Part shown: piece by piece, positions 55,329 to 64,000 of the stretch
Layout: every line of letters begins with the position of its first letter
Numbering within the stretch: the first letter of the stretch is position 1
DNA from: Chlorobiota bacterium
Lineage (GTDB): Bacteria; Bacteroidota; Ignavibacteria; Kapaibacteriales; HRBIN21
DNA: 64,000 bases
Direction: 5' to 3'
NCBI GenBank assembly: GCA_039630485.1
Contig: JBCNUX010000003.1
Span: 2,509 to 66,508, forward strand
Notes under the pieces: generated by a model
Seen by the model: only the letters and a program-made list of their open reading frames with translations
Told to the model about the DNA's origin: nothing
Database searches by the model: none
Translations under genes and position numbers: made by a program

Positions 55329-56848
55329 TTTGGCAACGGCTCTCGCTGCGGTCACGGCTGACGCTCTGGTATGGGGCTGTCGTCGCCGCTGTCTTGATAG
55401 GGTTCGGACTGTTCTGGTACTGGAGCGTGCGGCAGGAGCTCTACAGCAGTCTGCGCCATTCGTTGGAGCAGGTGGCCCGTTCAGTGGGGGTGTTGCTGGA
55501 GCGTGCTGAAGAGCAGGTGGGGCGGCGGCTCCGACCCCCGCGCCACGGCCGGCTGTTGCCGTTGTGGGAGCAGATGCTCTTCGCCCGTCCGGCGCGCCGT
55601 TTCGTTGGTCCGCTCCCAAGCGATACGCTGATGGGCGCGGAGAGCCAGGTCTGGGGTGCCATCTACCAGTACATCCTCCTCAACCCCCGTAGCTACGTTC
55701 TCCAGGTGGCCGACACCGCCGGGCGTATCCTCTGGCGTTCAGAGAACCTCCTGGGAGATAGCCTCCCTGTGCTAGCGGGGATGACCGTTGGGAAACAGCA
55801 GTATCGCCGCTTTGCGCTCAGAGGTGAGCCTGTGGAACTCTTGGTCCATCACACTCGCCTGGCGCAGATTGCCGTGGGGTATGGCGTCCGCGAGATTGAG
55901 TCAGTCCTCCAGCGGCTGGCGGTGACGCTCCTTTGGGCGTTGCCGTTGGTACTTTCGGTCTCGGCCTTTGGGGGATGGCTCCTGGCTCGGGCATCACTGC
56001 GACCAGTGGAGCAGATGCGGCGGACGGCAGAGAGTATCACGGCTCGGAATCTGAGTCTACGAATCCCGGAGCCGCCGACGAAGGATGAGTTAGCCCACCT
56101 GGCGCGGACGCTCAACCAGATGATTGCACGCCTGGAGGCTTCCTTTGCCCAAATCCGACAGTTCACAGCCGATGTGTCGCACGAGCTCCGGACTCCGCTG
56201 ACCATCCTCATCGGCGAGGTGGAGCTGGCGCTGCGGTCGCGGAAGAGCCCAGAGGAGTACGAGCGGGTGCTCTCCAGCGTACTGGAGGAGGCGTTGCGAC
56301 TGCACCGGATTGTGGAGACGCTCCTGGAGCTGACCCGTGCCGAAAGCGGGCAGGTACGCTTGGAGCGCCGTCGTGTGGACTTGGGAGCCATCGTCCGCGA
56401 GATTGCAGAGGACGTTGAGCCATTGGCACGCGATCGTGGACTCTCGATTGCAACGGAGGTAGCGCAGGAGTGCTACGTGTTCGGTGATGCACTCCGTCTG
56501 CGCCAGGCCGTGTTGAACGTCGTAGACAATGCACTGAAGTATACACCGGCCGGGGGACGCGTGACATTGCGGGTGACTTCGGAAGCTGAGACTGTCGTGG
56601 CTGAAGTCGCTGACACAGGCATCGGCATACCAGAGGAGGAGCTGCCGCAGATCTTTGAGCGCTTCTATCGAGTGGAGAAGTCGCGGACCCGCAGCCATAG
56701 CGGTAACGGAGTTGGATTGGGCTTGGCGATTGTACGCTGGATCGTTGAGGCCCATGGGGGGACGGTAGAAGTAGAGAGCGCTGTCGGACAGGGGACGCGG
56801 TTTCGGCTCCGGTTCCCTCGTTACGAGGGGCGGGATGAAGGCCAGTAG
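55325..56848 (+). CDS. sensor histidine kinase (2 TM, HAMP, HisKA, HATPase_c)
   Basis: H-box FTADVSHELRTPLT, N-box NALKYTP, G-boxes DTGIGIP and GVGLGLAIV. Confidence 0.87.
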   Translation: MIWQRLSLRSRLTLWYGAVVAAVLIGFGLFWYWSVRQELYSSLRHSLEQVARSVGVLLERAEEQVGRRLRPPRHGRLLPLWEQMLFARPARRFVGPLPSDTLMGAESQVWGAIYQYILLNPRSYVLQVADTAGRILWRSENLLGDSLPVLAGMTVGKQQYRRFALRGEPVELLVHHTRLAQIAVGYGVREIESVLQRLAVTLLWALPLVLSVSAFGGWLLARASLRPVEQMRRTAESITARNLSLRIPEPPTKDELAHLARTLNQMIARLEASFAQIRQFTADVSHELRTPLTILIGEVELALRSRKSPEEYERVLSSVLEEALRLHRIVETLLELTRAESGQVRLERRRVDLGAIVREIAEDVEPLARDRGLSIATEVAQECYVFGDALRLRQAVLNVVDNALKYTPAGGRVTLRVTSEAETVVAEVADTGIGIPEEELPQIFERFYRVEKSRTRSHSGNGVGLGLAIVRWIVEAHGGTVEVESAVGQGTRFRLRFPRYEGRDEGQ

Positions 56849-57713
56849 GGTATGGCGATCGCTGTGGGGTTCTCTCCGCTGGCTCGTTTGGATTGGAGAT
56901 ACCGTAGGGCAGCGCCTGGCGCAGCAGCACCTCTTCTTGCTGGCGGCAGGGATTGCCTTCAATGTCGCTCTCTGCTTCATTCCGCTCGGGATGGTCGCGT
57001 TGTGGCTATTCGCTGGCTTCGTGAAGCCTGAGGTTGTGGAAGAGGCGTTCAACCGCGTCCTCGTGCTGCCCTGGATGCCTTCGGCTCAGCTCCAGGGTCT
57101 GATGGAGTCGGTCGTGGAGCAGCTTGAGGTTCTCATTCAGCGGCGTACAGCGGCGGGTATCTTCGGGATAGTCGGATTGCTGTGGACAGCTTCCGCGCTC
57201 CTACAGTCTCTGCGAACTGGGCTCCATGCAGCCTTGAGACTCCCGCCGAAGCCGCAGCGGGCGTTAGGGCTCTGGAGCCGGCTCCGAGACATGTTGCTGA
57301 CGGTCATCCTTCTGCTGCTGAGCCTCCTCCTGTCAGCGGTCTTGATCGGCTGGGGGATGGTCATCGCGTGGGGAGCGGAGCTATTGCCTCCGCAGTGGTA
57401 TGCGGTCGTGCGAGGAACCTGGAGTGCAGCTACCTCTGTGCTGCTGGAGGCATCGCTCTTCTGGTTTGCCTTCCGCTTTGTTCCGAAACCTGCTCCACCA
57501 GGCCGTGTAATCTGGAGGGCTGTGCTCGTGGCCATCGTGATGACAGAGCTCCTACGAGTAGGCTACGGGTGGTATCTGGAGAACTTGGCTCCGTGGGGAT
57601 GGATTTACGGGGCGTATGCGGCACTGGTGTCGCTCGTAGTGTGGGCATACGCTGTCGCATTCGTGATGCTGTTTGCGGCGGTCGTGGCTTCGGTGATTGT
57701 GGAGGGGAGATGA
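56835..57713 (+). CDS. YihY/BrkB-family membrane protein
   Basis: Six TM helices. …LAAGIAFNVALCFIPL… is the typical YihY N-terminal motif. Confidence 0.75.
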   Translation: MKASRVWRSLWGSLRWLVWIGDTVGQRLAQQHLFLLAAGIAFNVALCFIPLGMVALWLFAGFVKPEVVEEAFNRVLVLPWMPSAQLQGLMESVVEQLEVLIQRRTAAGIFGIVGLLWTASALLQSLRTGLHAALRLPPKPQRALGLWSRLRDMLLTVILLLLSLLLSAVLIGWGMVIAWGAELLPPQWYAVVRGTWSAATSVLLEASLFWFAFRFVPKPAPPGRVIWRAVLVAIVMTELLRVGYGWYLENLAPWGWIYGAYAALVSLVVWAYAVAFVMLFAAVVASVIVEGR

Positions 57714-58747
57714 AGAGTTTCGGAGGCTTCTGGCAGCGACGTGGTTGGGGATTGGCGCTGTGGTGGGCAGGTATCAGCAGTGTAGCAGCCGTTGCGGGCA
57801 CTTGGAGTGGGTGGGTATCCTTCGCACTGATTGGGGTGGGCGTGGTAGGGTCTGGGATACTACTCCGAGTATGGCGGCGCCGCTTCCGGCAGGAGGTTAC
57901 CCTTTGGGCATACGAAGTAGCCGAGCGCCTACAGCGGCTCGGCTCTGGAACCTTCTCGGTACGCTTCCTCGGGGCAGATTTCCCAGCGGAGATACGTCTG
58001 CTCGCAGAGCGGCTCAACGGACTGGCAGAGGCTGTAGAGACGGAGTTGGGACGGGTGCAGAAGTTAGAGCGGGTCCGTAGCGACTTCCTTGGGAACGTCT
58101 CCCACGAGCTCCGGAATCCGCTCTTCGCGCTCCGAGGGTACTTGGAGACGCTAGCAGAGGCCCCACCTGAAGACACCGCAACGGTCCGCGAATTCGCTCA
58201 GAAGGCGCTGCAGTATGCCCAGCGGCTGGAGAATCTCTTGGCACGCCTGATGGAGATCTCCCAGATTGAGACTGGGGCTGTGCGGATGCGCTTGCGGACC
58301 TTCTCGGTGACGGAGTTGGCCAAGGAGGTGGTGGAGATGTTCGCGGAGCAAGCAGCTCAGCGCCAGGTCCAGCTCCACGTAGAGGCACCATCAGAGCCGG
58401 TCGAGGTCGTTGCCGATCGGGATCGGGTTGAGCAGGTGTTGAGCAACCTGGTGGAGAACGCCATCAAGTACAACCGTCCCGGGGGCTCAGTCCATGTGCG
58501 GATCTGCCCCGAAGGCAAACGGGTGCGGGTGGAGGTTGCGGATACCGGGATTGGGATTCCGCCAGAGCACCAGGAGCGAGTCTTCGAGCGCTTCTACCGG
58601 GTGCGGCATCCTGAAGCTCCAGCGGCGGAGGGGAGCGGACTTGGCTTGGCAATCGTCAAGCACATCCTGGAGGCCCACCAGGCACCGTACGAGCTGGAGA
58701 GCCAGCCTGGGGTAGGGACAACAGTGCGCTTTTGGCTACGAAGCTGA
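57710..58747 (+). CDS. sensor histidine kinase (2 TM, HAMP-like, HisKA, HATPase_c)
   Basis: H-box FLGNVSHELRNPL, NAIKYN, DTGIGIP and GSGLGLAIV. The ATG at 57710 overlaps the YihY stop (ATGA). The 176-codon upstream extension was rejected. Confidence 0.87.
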   Translation: MKSFGGFWQRRGWGLALWWAGISSVAAVAGTWSGWVSFALIGVGVVGSGILLRVWRRRFRQEVTLWAYEVAERLQRLGSGTFSVRFLGADFPAEIRLLAERLNGLAEAVETELGRVQKLERVRSDFLGNVSHELRNPLFALRGYLETLAEAPPEDTATVREFAQKALQYAQRLENLLARLMEISQIETGAVRMRLRTFSVTELAKEVVEMFAEQAAQRQVQLHVEAPSEPVEVVADRDRVEQVLSNLVENAIKYNRPGGSVHVRICPEGKRVRVEVADTGIGIPPEHQERVFERFYRVRHPEAPAAEGSGLGLAIVKHILEAHQAPYELESQPGVGTTVRFWLRS

Positions 58748-58790
58748 GTGGTGTTGCTGTAGCGTTCTCAAGCCCCGGTAGGTTTTTCCC

Positions 58791-58798
58791 TAAGTTTG
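58791..58798 (+). promoter_or_regulatory. -7 promoter box TAAGTTTG upstream of MFS transporter
   Basis: Exact TAnnTTTG match 25 nt upstream of the ATG at 58823, in the intergenic spacer. Confidence 0.4.
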
Positions 58799-58822
58799 CG
58801 CCTTGCTGCAGGGCTCAGTAGA

Positions 58823-60040
58823 ATGGAACATCACCCACGGAAGGCACGGCAGCGAGCGGTGGCAATCCTCTTCGGCGCAGTCCTCGTAAACCTCATCGGT
58901 TTCGGCATCATCATCCCGCTCCTGCCATTCTACGGGCAGCGCTTTGGTGCATCAGAGCTGGAAATCGGAGCGCTCTTCGCCAGCTTTTCTATAGCGCAGG
59001 TATTGAGCTCGCCACTGTGGGGTGCACTCTCGGACCGTTACGGTAGGAAGCCCTTCCTCTTCCTGGCCCTCGTGGGGGCAGCGGTTGGGTATGTCATCAT
59101 GGCTCTGGCACCCTCACTGGAGTGGCTCTTCGTTGCCCGTCTGGTTGATGGTGCCTTCGGTGGGATCATCACTACCGTTCGGGCATACCTGGCCGACGTC
59201 TTGGAGGAAAGAGAGCGTGCTCGCGGGTTCGGACTGATCGGAGCTGCGTTTGGGATTGGCTTCGTCGTAGGGCCATTGCTGGGGTCCGCGTTAGCAGCGT
59301 GGGGGCTATCGGCACCGGCGTGGGCCGCTGCCGCACTCAGTTTGATTGCTGCGCTGTGGGTTGCTATGGGATTGCCCGAGCCAGCGCGCCATCGGACCCG
59401 GTCTGTGGGCTCGTTTGGAGAGGGTTTTCGGAGGCTGTGGGGCCACCAGATGGTGCGTCCGTTTCTGCTCTTCGACTTCCTCCTCTGGAGCTCCCAGGCA
59501 GTCTACCAGACTGGCTTTGCCCTCTTGGTGCATCGCCGCTTCGGACTCACGGAGCAGCATGTGGGGTACTTGGTGGCCTTTGCCGGTGCCTTGGGGGTTC
59601 TGACGCAGGTGGCTATTGTTGGGCCGGTTGCCCGCCGACTGGGGGATGGAAACGCTTTCTGGGTAGGGACTCTCCTGGCAGCAGTAGGGCTAGGTACAGC
59701 GGTGCTGGCGCCATCAGTTCCGCTCTTCATGCTCTGCCTCGTTCCAGCAGCATTGGGATCGGGGATGGCAATCCCGACGCTGCTTAGCGTGCTGAGCCGT
59801 GTCACGCCATCGGCTTACCAGGGCAGCCTCCAGGGGGTGACGACATCACTGGAGGGCTTAGCGCGAATCCTCGGCCCGCTGTGGGGGAACGGTAGCATGG
59901 CGTTTTCTCCGCTGCTCTCCTTCGGCTCTGCAGCAGTGTTGCTCGCTGCCGTTGGGCTTGCCGCTATTCCGTATGTGCAACGCTTGCCCCAAGTCTATGA
60001 GAGTTCGCAGGGCTCTGCTGAGCGCATGGCGGAAGGATGA
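58823..60040 (+). CDS. MFS transporter (12 TM, drug/H+ antiporter-like)
   Basis: Motif A-like GALSDRYGRKP between TM2 and TM3, and about 12 hydrophobic helices. Confidence 0.8.
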   Translation: MEHHPRKARQRAVAILFGAVLVNLIGFGIIIPLLPFYGQRFGASELEIGALFASFSIAQVLSSPLWGALSDRYGRKPFLFLALVGAAVGYVIMALAPSLEWLFVARLVDGAFGGIITTVRAYLADVLEERERARGFGLIGAAFGIGFVVGPLLGSALAAWGLSAPAWAAAALSLIAALWVAMGLPEPARHRTRSVGSFGEGFRRLWGHQMVRPFLLFDFLLWSSQAVYQTGFALLVHRRFGLTEQHVGYLVAFAGALGVLTQVAIVGPVARRLGDGNAFWVGTLLAAVGLGTAVLAPSVPLFMLCLVPAALGSGMAIPTLLSVLSRVTPSAYQGSLQGVTTSLEGLARILGPLWGNGSMAFSPLLSFGSAAVLLAAVGLAAIPYVQRLPQVYESSQGSAERMAEG

Positions 60041-61532
60041 GATCGTAGAGTTTGCTCGCCAGCTCTCCCAGCTTGGGGTAGAGCTGCTGGCTTCCGATGG
60101 TACGGCCCAGGTGCTGAGATCAGCCGGAATCCCAGTGCAAGCCGTCTCTGAGCTGACGGGCTTCCCGCCTATCTTGGACGGGCGGGTGAAGACGTTGCAT
60201 CCGCTCATCCACGCTGCTCTACTGGTACGACGTGATGTGCCGGAACACATGGAGCAGCTCCAACGCTTCGGCGTGGAGCCTATAGATCTGGTGGCCGTGG
60301 ATTTCTACCCGTTCGAGCAGGCTCTCGGCAGTTCAGAGCTGGACGCTGGGATGCTGGAGCTGATCGATATTGGTGGTCCGGCGTTAGTGCGGGCGGCGGC
60401 GAAGAACTACCCGTGGGTAACGGTCGTCGTGCAGCCGGCCCAATACGGGGAAGTAGTCGCGCTACTCCGTGAACATGGGGAGGTCCCTGAGGCTGTGCGC
60501 CGGCGCTACGCAGCGGAGGCCTTTGCCCGAACAGCCGCCTACGACGCTATCGTAGCTTCAGTCCTGCGGGCCGATGGGAACACTCACACCCCGCAGTGGT
60601 GGGTCCAGGCCCTCCCGCTGGCACAGGAGCTCCGCTACGGGGAGAATCCCCACCAGCGTGGCTGGCTCTACGGCAGCGATTACGGCCGCTGCTTCCAACA
60701 GCTCCATGGCAAAGAGCTCTCGTACAACAACGTGCTGGATGCGGACGCTGCCGTGCGGCTCATCCTCGAGTTTGAGGTCCCCACAGTGGCCATCCTCAAG
60801 CACACAGCACCTTGCGGAGTTGGAAGTGACGAGGATTTGGTGAAAGCCTGGGAGAAGGCCTGGGCATCCGATCCGATTTCACCATTCGGTGGGGTTGTTG
60901 TGGTCAACTGTCCACTGGGCGCAGAGTTAGCAGAGCGGCTGGCGTCTGTGTTCTTAGAACAAGTGCTGGCACCAGACTTCTCCGAGGAGGCTCTGGCACT
61001 GCTCCAGCGCAAGCGGAATCTCAGGCTCCTCCGCTACAACGAGCCCTTACTGCGGCAGCAGTGGCAGCAAGACTTCCGAAGCATCCTTGGGGGCGTGCTC
61101 ATCCAGACGTCGGATGTTGCCGTGCCTCTGCGGACTGAGGAGTGGCGGGTGGTGACGCAACGAGAACCTACGCCAGCGGAGTGGGAGGCTCTCCGCTTCG
61201 CTTGGCGTGTCGTCAAGCATGTGAAGTCGAACGCCATAGTCTTCGCAGGTCCCGATCGGACGCTAGCAATCGGCGGGGGACAGCCGTCGCGGCTGGATGC
61301 TGTTCGAGTGGCCGTGCGTAAAGCACAAGAGAGTGGACTATCGCTCAGCGGGTCTGTGGTTGCTTCTGATGCCTTCTTCCCCTTCCCGGATGCGATCGAG
61401 GAGGCAATAGCTGCGGGAGCAACAGCAGTGGTCCAGCCCGGCGGGTCGGTACGTGATGCGGAGGTCGTCGCCGCGGCCGATGCCCACGGCGTTGCCATGG
61501 TCTTCACAGGTACGCGTCACTTCCGGCACTGA
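59997..61532 (+). CDS. purH: bifunctional AICAR transformylase / IMP cyclohydrolase
   Basis: RRALLSAWRKDEIVEFAR…GRVKTLHP…YGENPHQ…GGQPSR…VVQPGGS motifs. The start at 59997 overlaps the MFS 3' end by 44 nt and is approximate. Confidence 0.92.
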   Translation: MRVRRALLSAWRKDEIVEFARQLSQLGVELLASDGTAQVLRSAGIPVQAVSELTGFPPILDGRVKTLHPLIHAALLVRRDVPEHMEQLQRFGVEPIDLVAVDFYPFEQALGSSELDAGMLELIDIGGPALVRAAAKNYPWVTVVVQPAQYGEVVALLREHGEVPEAVRRRYAAEAFARTAAYDAIVASVLRADGNTHTPQWWVQALPLAQELRYGENPHQRGWLYGSDYGRCFQQLHGKELSYNNVLDADAAVRLILEFEVPTVAILKHTAPCGVGSDEDLVKAWEKAWASDPISPFGGVVVVNCPLGAELAERLASVFLEQVLAPDFSEEALALLQRKRNLRLLRYNEPLLRQQWQQDFRSILGGVLIQTSDVAVPLRTEEWRVVTQREPTPAEWEALRFAWRVVKHVKSNAIVFAGPDRTLAIGGGQPSRLDAVRVAVRKAQESGLSLSGSVVASDAFFPFPDAIEEAIAAGATAVVQPGGSVRDAEVVAAADAHGVAMVFTGTRHFRH

Positions 61533-61536
61533 ACGG

Positions 61537-62280
61537 CTACTCCCAACGGTAGCGTTCCAGCGAGAAGCTCTCCCCAAGGTAGAGGCGGCGCACGTCGGGA
61601 TGGGCAGCAATTTCTTCCGCCGTTCCAGCGTAGAAGATGGAGCCATCGATGAGGATGTAAGCCCGGTCCGTGATGGAGAGCGTTTCGTGGACGTTGTGGT
61701 CTGTGATGAGCACGCCGATACGACGCTCCTTCAAGCGGCGGACGAGGCGCATGAGATCTTCAACAGCCAATGGGTCTATGCCGGCAAAGGGTTCGTCCAG
61801 CAGGATGAACTTGGGATCAGACGCTAGAGCGCGAGCAATCTCGCAGCGTCGGCGTTCTCCGCCGGAGAGCATGTAGCCCTTCCGGTGTCGGATGTGGGTG
61901 ATCCCGAACTCTTCCAGGAGCTGCTCCAAGCGTCGGCGCTGTTCTGGGCCTGGGAGGCGACGGAGCTGGAGGATGGCTCGGATGTTTTCTTCTACTGTCA
62001 AGCGCCGGAAGACCGAGGGTTCCTGGGGCAGGTAGCTGATTCCCAAGCGGGCGCGGCGGTACATCGGCATGTGGGTAAGCTCCAGAGAGTCGAGGAAGAT
62101 GCGCCCAGCCGTTGGGGAGATCATTCCGACGAGCATGTAGAACGTCGTTGTCTTGCCTGCTCCGTTTGGGCCCAGGAGTCCAACGACCTCCCCCTGCCGG
62201 ACCTCTAGCGAAACGTTACGAACAACCAAGCGTCGGCGATACGCCTTGGCTAAGCCCTCACACCGTAGGGAGCTTATCAT
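61537..62280 (-). CDS. lptB: LPS export ABC transporter ATP-binding protein
   Basis: …[16 protein letters not shown]…[17 protein letters not shown]…LSGGERRR…[11 protein letters not shown] matches the LptB signature. Confidence 0.87.
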   Translation of the reverse strand: MISSLRCEGLAKAYRRRLVVRNVSLEVRQGEVVGLLGPNGAGKTTTFYMLVGMISPTAGRIFLDSLELTHMPMYRRARLGISYLPQEPSVFRRLTVEENIRAILQLRRLPGPEQRRRLEQLLEEFGITHIRHRKGYMLSGGERRRCEIARALASDPKFILLDEPFAGIDPLAVEDLMRLVRRLKERRIGVLITDHNVHETLSITDRAYILIDGSIFYAGTAEEIAAHPDVRRLYLGESFSLERYRWE

Positions 62281-63473
62281 GAGCGGCGCCTGCCGACGAC
62301 TAATTCGACAGTTCTCTCCCGCCCATCGCGCAGGATGGTGATTCGCAGGCGCTGTCCAACCATCGTGTCAGCCAACAGCAGGTTGGCATCGTCGCTATCG
62401 CGGATGCGAGTGCCGTCTATGGCCGTAATGATGTCTCCTGGCTCAATCCCCGCATTGTCGGCTGGAGAGCCCCGGCGGACGCTGACGACGAGGGCACCGT
62501 ATGACAGCTTTCCTACATCGAACTGCTCGGGATCGCCCAAGCGGATGCCGATATCTACGTCGCGGTCGATATGTCCATCGGCATGTAGGCGCTCGATGAT
62601 GCGCTTGACGCGATTGATGGGGATAGCAAAGCCAATTCCAATACTGCCCGCGCCTTGCCAGTTCTGAGCCGTTGAGATGATTGCCGCGTTGACCCCCACA
62701 ACCTCTCCGAGGGCGTTGACGAGCGGGCCTCCGGAATTGCCGGAGCTAATGGCAGCGTCGGTCTGGATCATGCCGCGGTAGACCCGCCCACCCTGCCGAA
62801 AGTTGACTCCAACGTTGCTGACTACCCCGACGGTGACAGTCGGCTTTGCATTGAGGTCAAACAGTCCGAAGGGGTTCCCGAGTGCGATGATCCACTCGCC
62901 GACGATCACGGAGTCGGAGTTGCCGAGCCGCAGGTACGGGAACTGGCGGGGCTTCGATGGACGGAGCTTCAGCAGTGCAATATCGCTGACGGGATCAGAG
63001 CCGACAAGCTCAGCATCATAGTGCTCGCCTCCGACCAGAGTCACCGTGATCTTTGTCGGACGTTCGCCGACGACGTGCTGGTTGGTCACAACGTAGCCGT
63101 CGGGAGAGATGAGGAATCCAGAGCCTAAATTTCGAATCGTGTAGCGCTGACGGTACTCACGCGGCTCGCCGAAGAAGAAGCGGAAGATGGGGTCGTCGTA
63201 GAACCACGAGCTGAAGGGATCGCGGTAGACAACCTCACGCTCGTCTGTCACGGTGATGCCTACGACGGCGGGGCTACAGAGCTGGACAGCACGGGTGATG
63301 GCATTCGTTCGCGTGCCGGTAAGAGTTGCGGTGAGCAGGTGTCGGAGGCTGTCAGGAGGAGGATACCGGCTCTCTTCATATAGCCGCTCCCCTCGGCCTC
63401 CGGAACAGTTCAGACCAAGGAAGAGCAGGGAGGTAAGCATCCACACCGCATGTTGCCGGTAATGCATCCCCAT
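62277..63473 (-). CDS. HtrA/DegP-family serine protease with one PDZ domain
   Basis: Catalytic triad contexts TNQHVV, DIALLK and GNSGGPL, plus a C-terminal PDZ (…[18 protein letters not shown]…). Start at 63473 or 63467. Confidence 0.85.
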   Translation of the reverse strand: MGMHYRQHAVWMLTSLLFLGLNCSGGRGERLYEESRYPPPDSLRHLLTATLTGTRTNAITRAVQLCSPAVVGITVTDEREVVYRDPFSSWFYDDPIFRFFFGEPREYRQRYTIRNLGSGFLISPDGYVVTNQHVVGERPTKITVTLVGGEHYDAELVGSDPVSDIALLKLRPSKPRQFPYLRLGNSDSVIVGEWIIALGNPFGLFDLNAKPTVTVGVVSNVGVNFRQGGRVYRGMIQTDAAISSGNSGGPLVNALGEVVGVNAAIISTAQNWQGAGSIGIGFAIPINRVKRIIERLHADGHIDRDVDIGIRLGDPEQFDVGKLSYGALVVSVRRGSPADNAGIEPGDIITAIDGTRIRDSDDANLLLADTMVGQRLRITILRDGRERTVELVVGRRRS

Positions 63474-63619
63474 GCCAGCCCTTTCGGACTCTACGCACAC
63501 GGTATTGACGAACAATGCCGCAGCCTCCGGCAAGAATAGAGCCTGGGAATGGGGAACCCTTCGCATTTTGGCGAAGTATGAGTGGACGCTTGAGTGCTGC
63601 CAACCGTTGAGGGGGGGTC

Positions 63620-64000
63620 ATGGCTGTAGCGCTCCTCATCTGCTTTGCCAGCTTCGCGGTCGTGGGGATAGCACAGGAACGCACGGCCGCTCCGATAGAA
63701 CTTCGAGGCTCGCTGAGTACGACTGCGGAGGCGTATACCAGCACTGGAGAGGCTCCCTCTCAGCGCTACATGCCTCGGTATGGGGCTCGGGTGTTCTTCC
63801 GTCCAGTCGTGCGGCTCTTCGGGGAAGTCGAGCTTCCGTTTGAGTTCTCTTACAGCGCTGCCGTAGGCCAGCGGGCGCCTTCTTCGATCGTTGGACCGCT
63901 GCAGCCGTTCAACCAGTTTGGCCTCAGTCCGCGGATTACCTCGTGGCTCCGCCTCCACGGCGGGTACTTCTCGCTGCAGCTATCGGAGTTGAGCTTCGGA
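63620..64000 (+). CDS. hypothetical secreted protein (3' partial, runs off window)
   Basis: Hand translation in frame 2 from the ATG at 63620 gives MAVALLICFASFAVVGIAQERTAAPIELRG…, a signal-peptide-like N-terminus. The frame stays open to nt 64000. It is not in the ORF track because there is no stop. Confidence 0.4.
   Translation, partial: MAVALLICFASFAVVGIAQERTAAPIELRGSLSTTAEAYTSTGEAPSQRYMPRYGARVFFRPVVRLFGEVELPFEFSYSAAVGQRAPSSIVGPLQPFNQFGLSPRITSWLRLHGGYFSLQLSELSFG

Noticed and set aside
56090-57052. Long antisense or alternative-frame ORFs, for example 56090-57052 (320 aa), 49054-49848 (264 aa), 8591-9343 (250 aa), 57430-58176 (248 aa), 18231-18953 (240 aa), 38095-38784 (229 aa) and 40593-41273 (226 aa).
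   Set aside because: All are embedded in strongly supported genes. They have Arg/Pro/Ser/Ala-rich low-complexity translations typical of shadow ORFs in high-GC DNA, and none shows a recognisable motif.
57182-57709. A 176-codon extension of the second histidine kinase (the 521-aa ORF).
   Set aside because: It lies entirely inside the YihY-family gene in another frame. The ATG at 57710 gives a canonical 2-TM sensor kinase and an ATGA overlap with the YihY stop.
63559-63576. The inverted repeat CTTCGC-ATTTTG-GCGAAG in the htrA / unknown-gene divergent spacer.
   Set aside because: It has only 6 bp of stem, no flanking U-run for a terminator, and no second copy in the window. That is too weak to call a regulatory site.
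1-64000. CRISPR arrays, IS elements or transposases, prophage genes, toxin-antitoxin pairs, restriction-modification systems or other defence-island hallmarks.
   Set aside because: I saw no regularly spaced repeats and no transposase, integrase, reverse-transcriptase, nuclease-helicase or methylase-like ORFs on either strand. The window looks like conserved chromosomal backbone.

Overview
This is a high-GC (about 60% by eye), very tightly packed bacterial chromosomal window. It holds about 62 protein genes and one tRNA-Arg(ACG). I found no rRNA, CRISPR array, transposase, integrase or phage genes. Most genes are core maintenance or metabolism: lysS, rnr, ndk, sucD, rpsT, nfi, recA, uvrA, purH, queE, lptB, a thiolase, a PBP and HU. 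The window also carries a 9-gene suf Fe-S operon followed by SOD and a response-regulator/kinase-like pair, an ACMSD-like + kynureninase pair, two orphan histidine kinases, and two secreted proteins with T9SS-type C-terminal sorting domains (an M1 aminopeptidase and a 1403-aa BNR-propeller/Ig-repeat protein). Four things point to a Bacteroidota/Chlorobiota/Rhodothermota-type (FCB) lineage: the T9SS sorting domains, a 30-aa bS22-like basic sORF, a DUF3109 protein, and recurrent TAnnTTTG boxes 9-36 nt upstream of start codons. I see no clear-cut novel multi-gene system and no defence-island hallmarks. The least explained pieces are (1) a 443-nt G-rich non-coding gap upstream of queE, (2) four mutually complementary hexamers in the thiolase-sufB spacer, (3) a Cys-less A-type-carrier::DUF59 fusion inside the suf operon, and (4) tandem paralogous secreted proteins coupled to a GAF/degenerate-GGDEF membrane protein. 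All product calls come from motif recognition by eye, not from database searches. Several ORF-track starts were trimmed to internal ATG/GTG codons where the long ORF overlapped a neighbouring gene.
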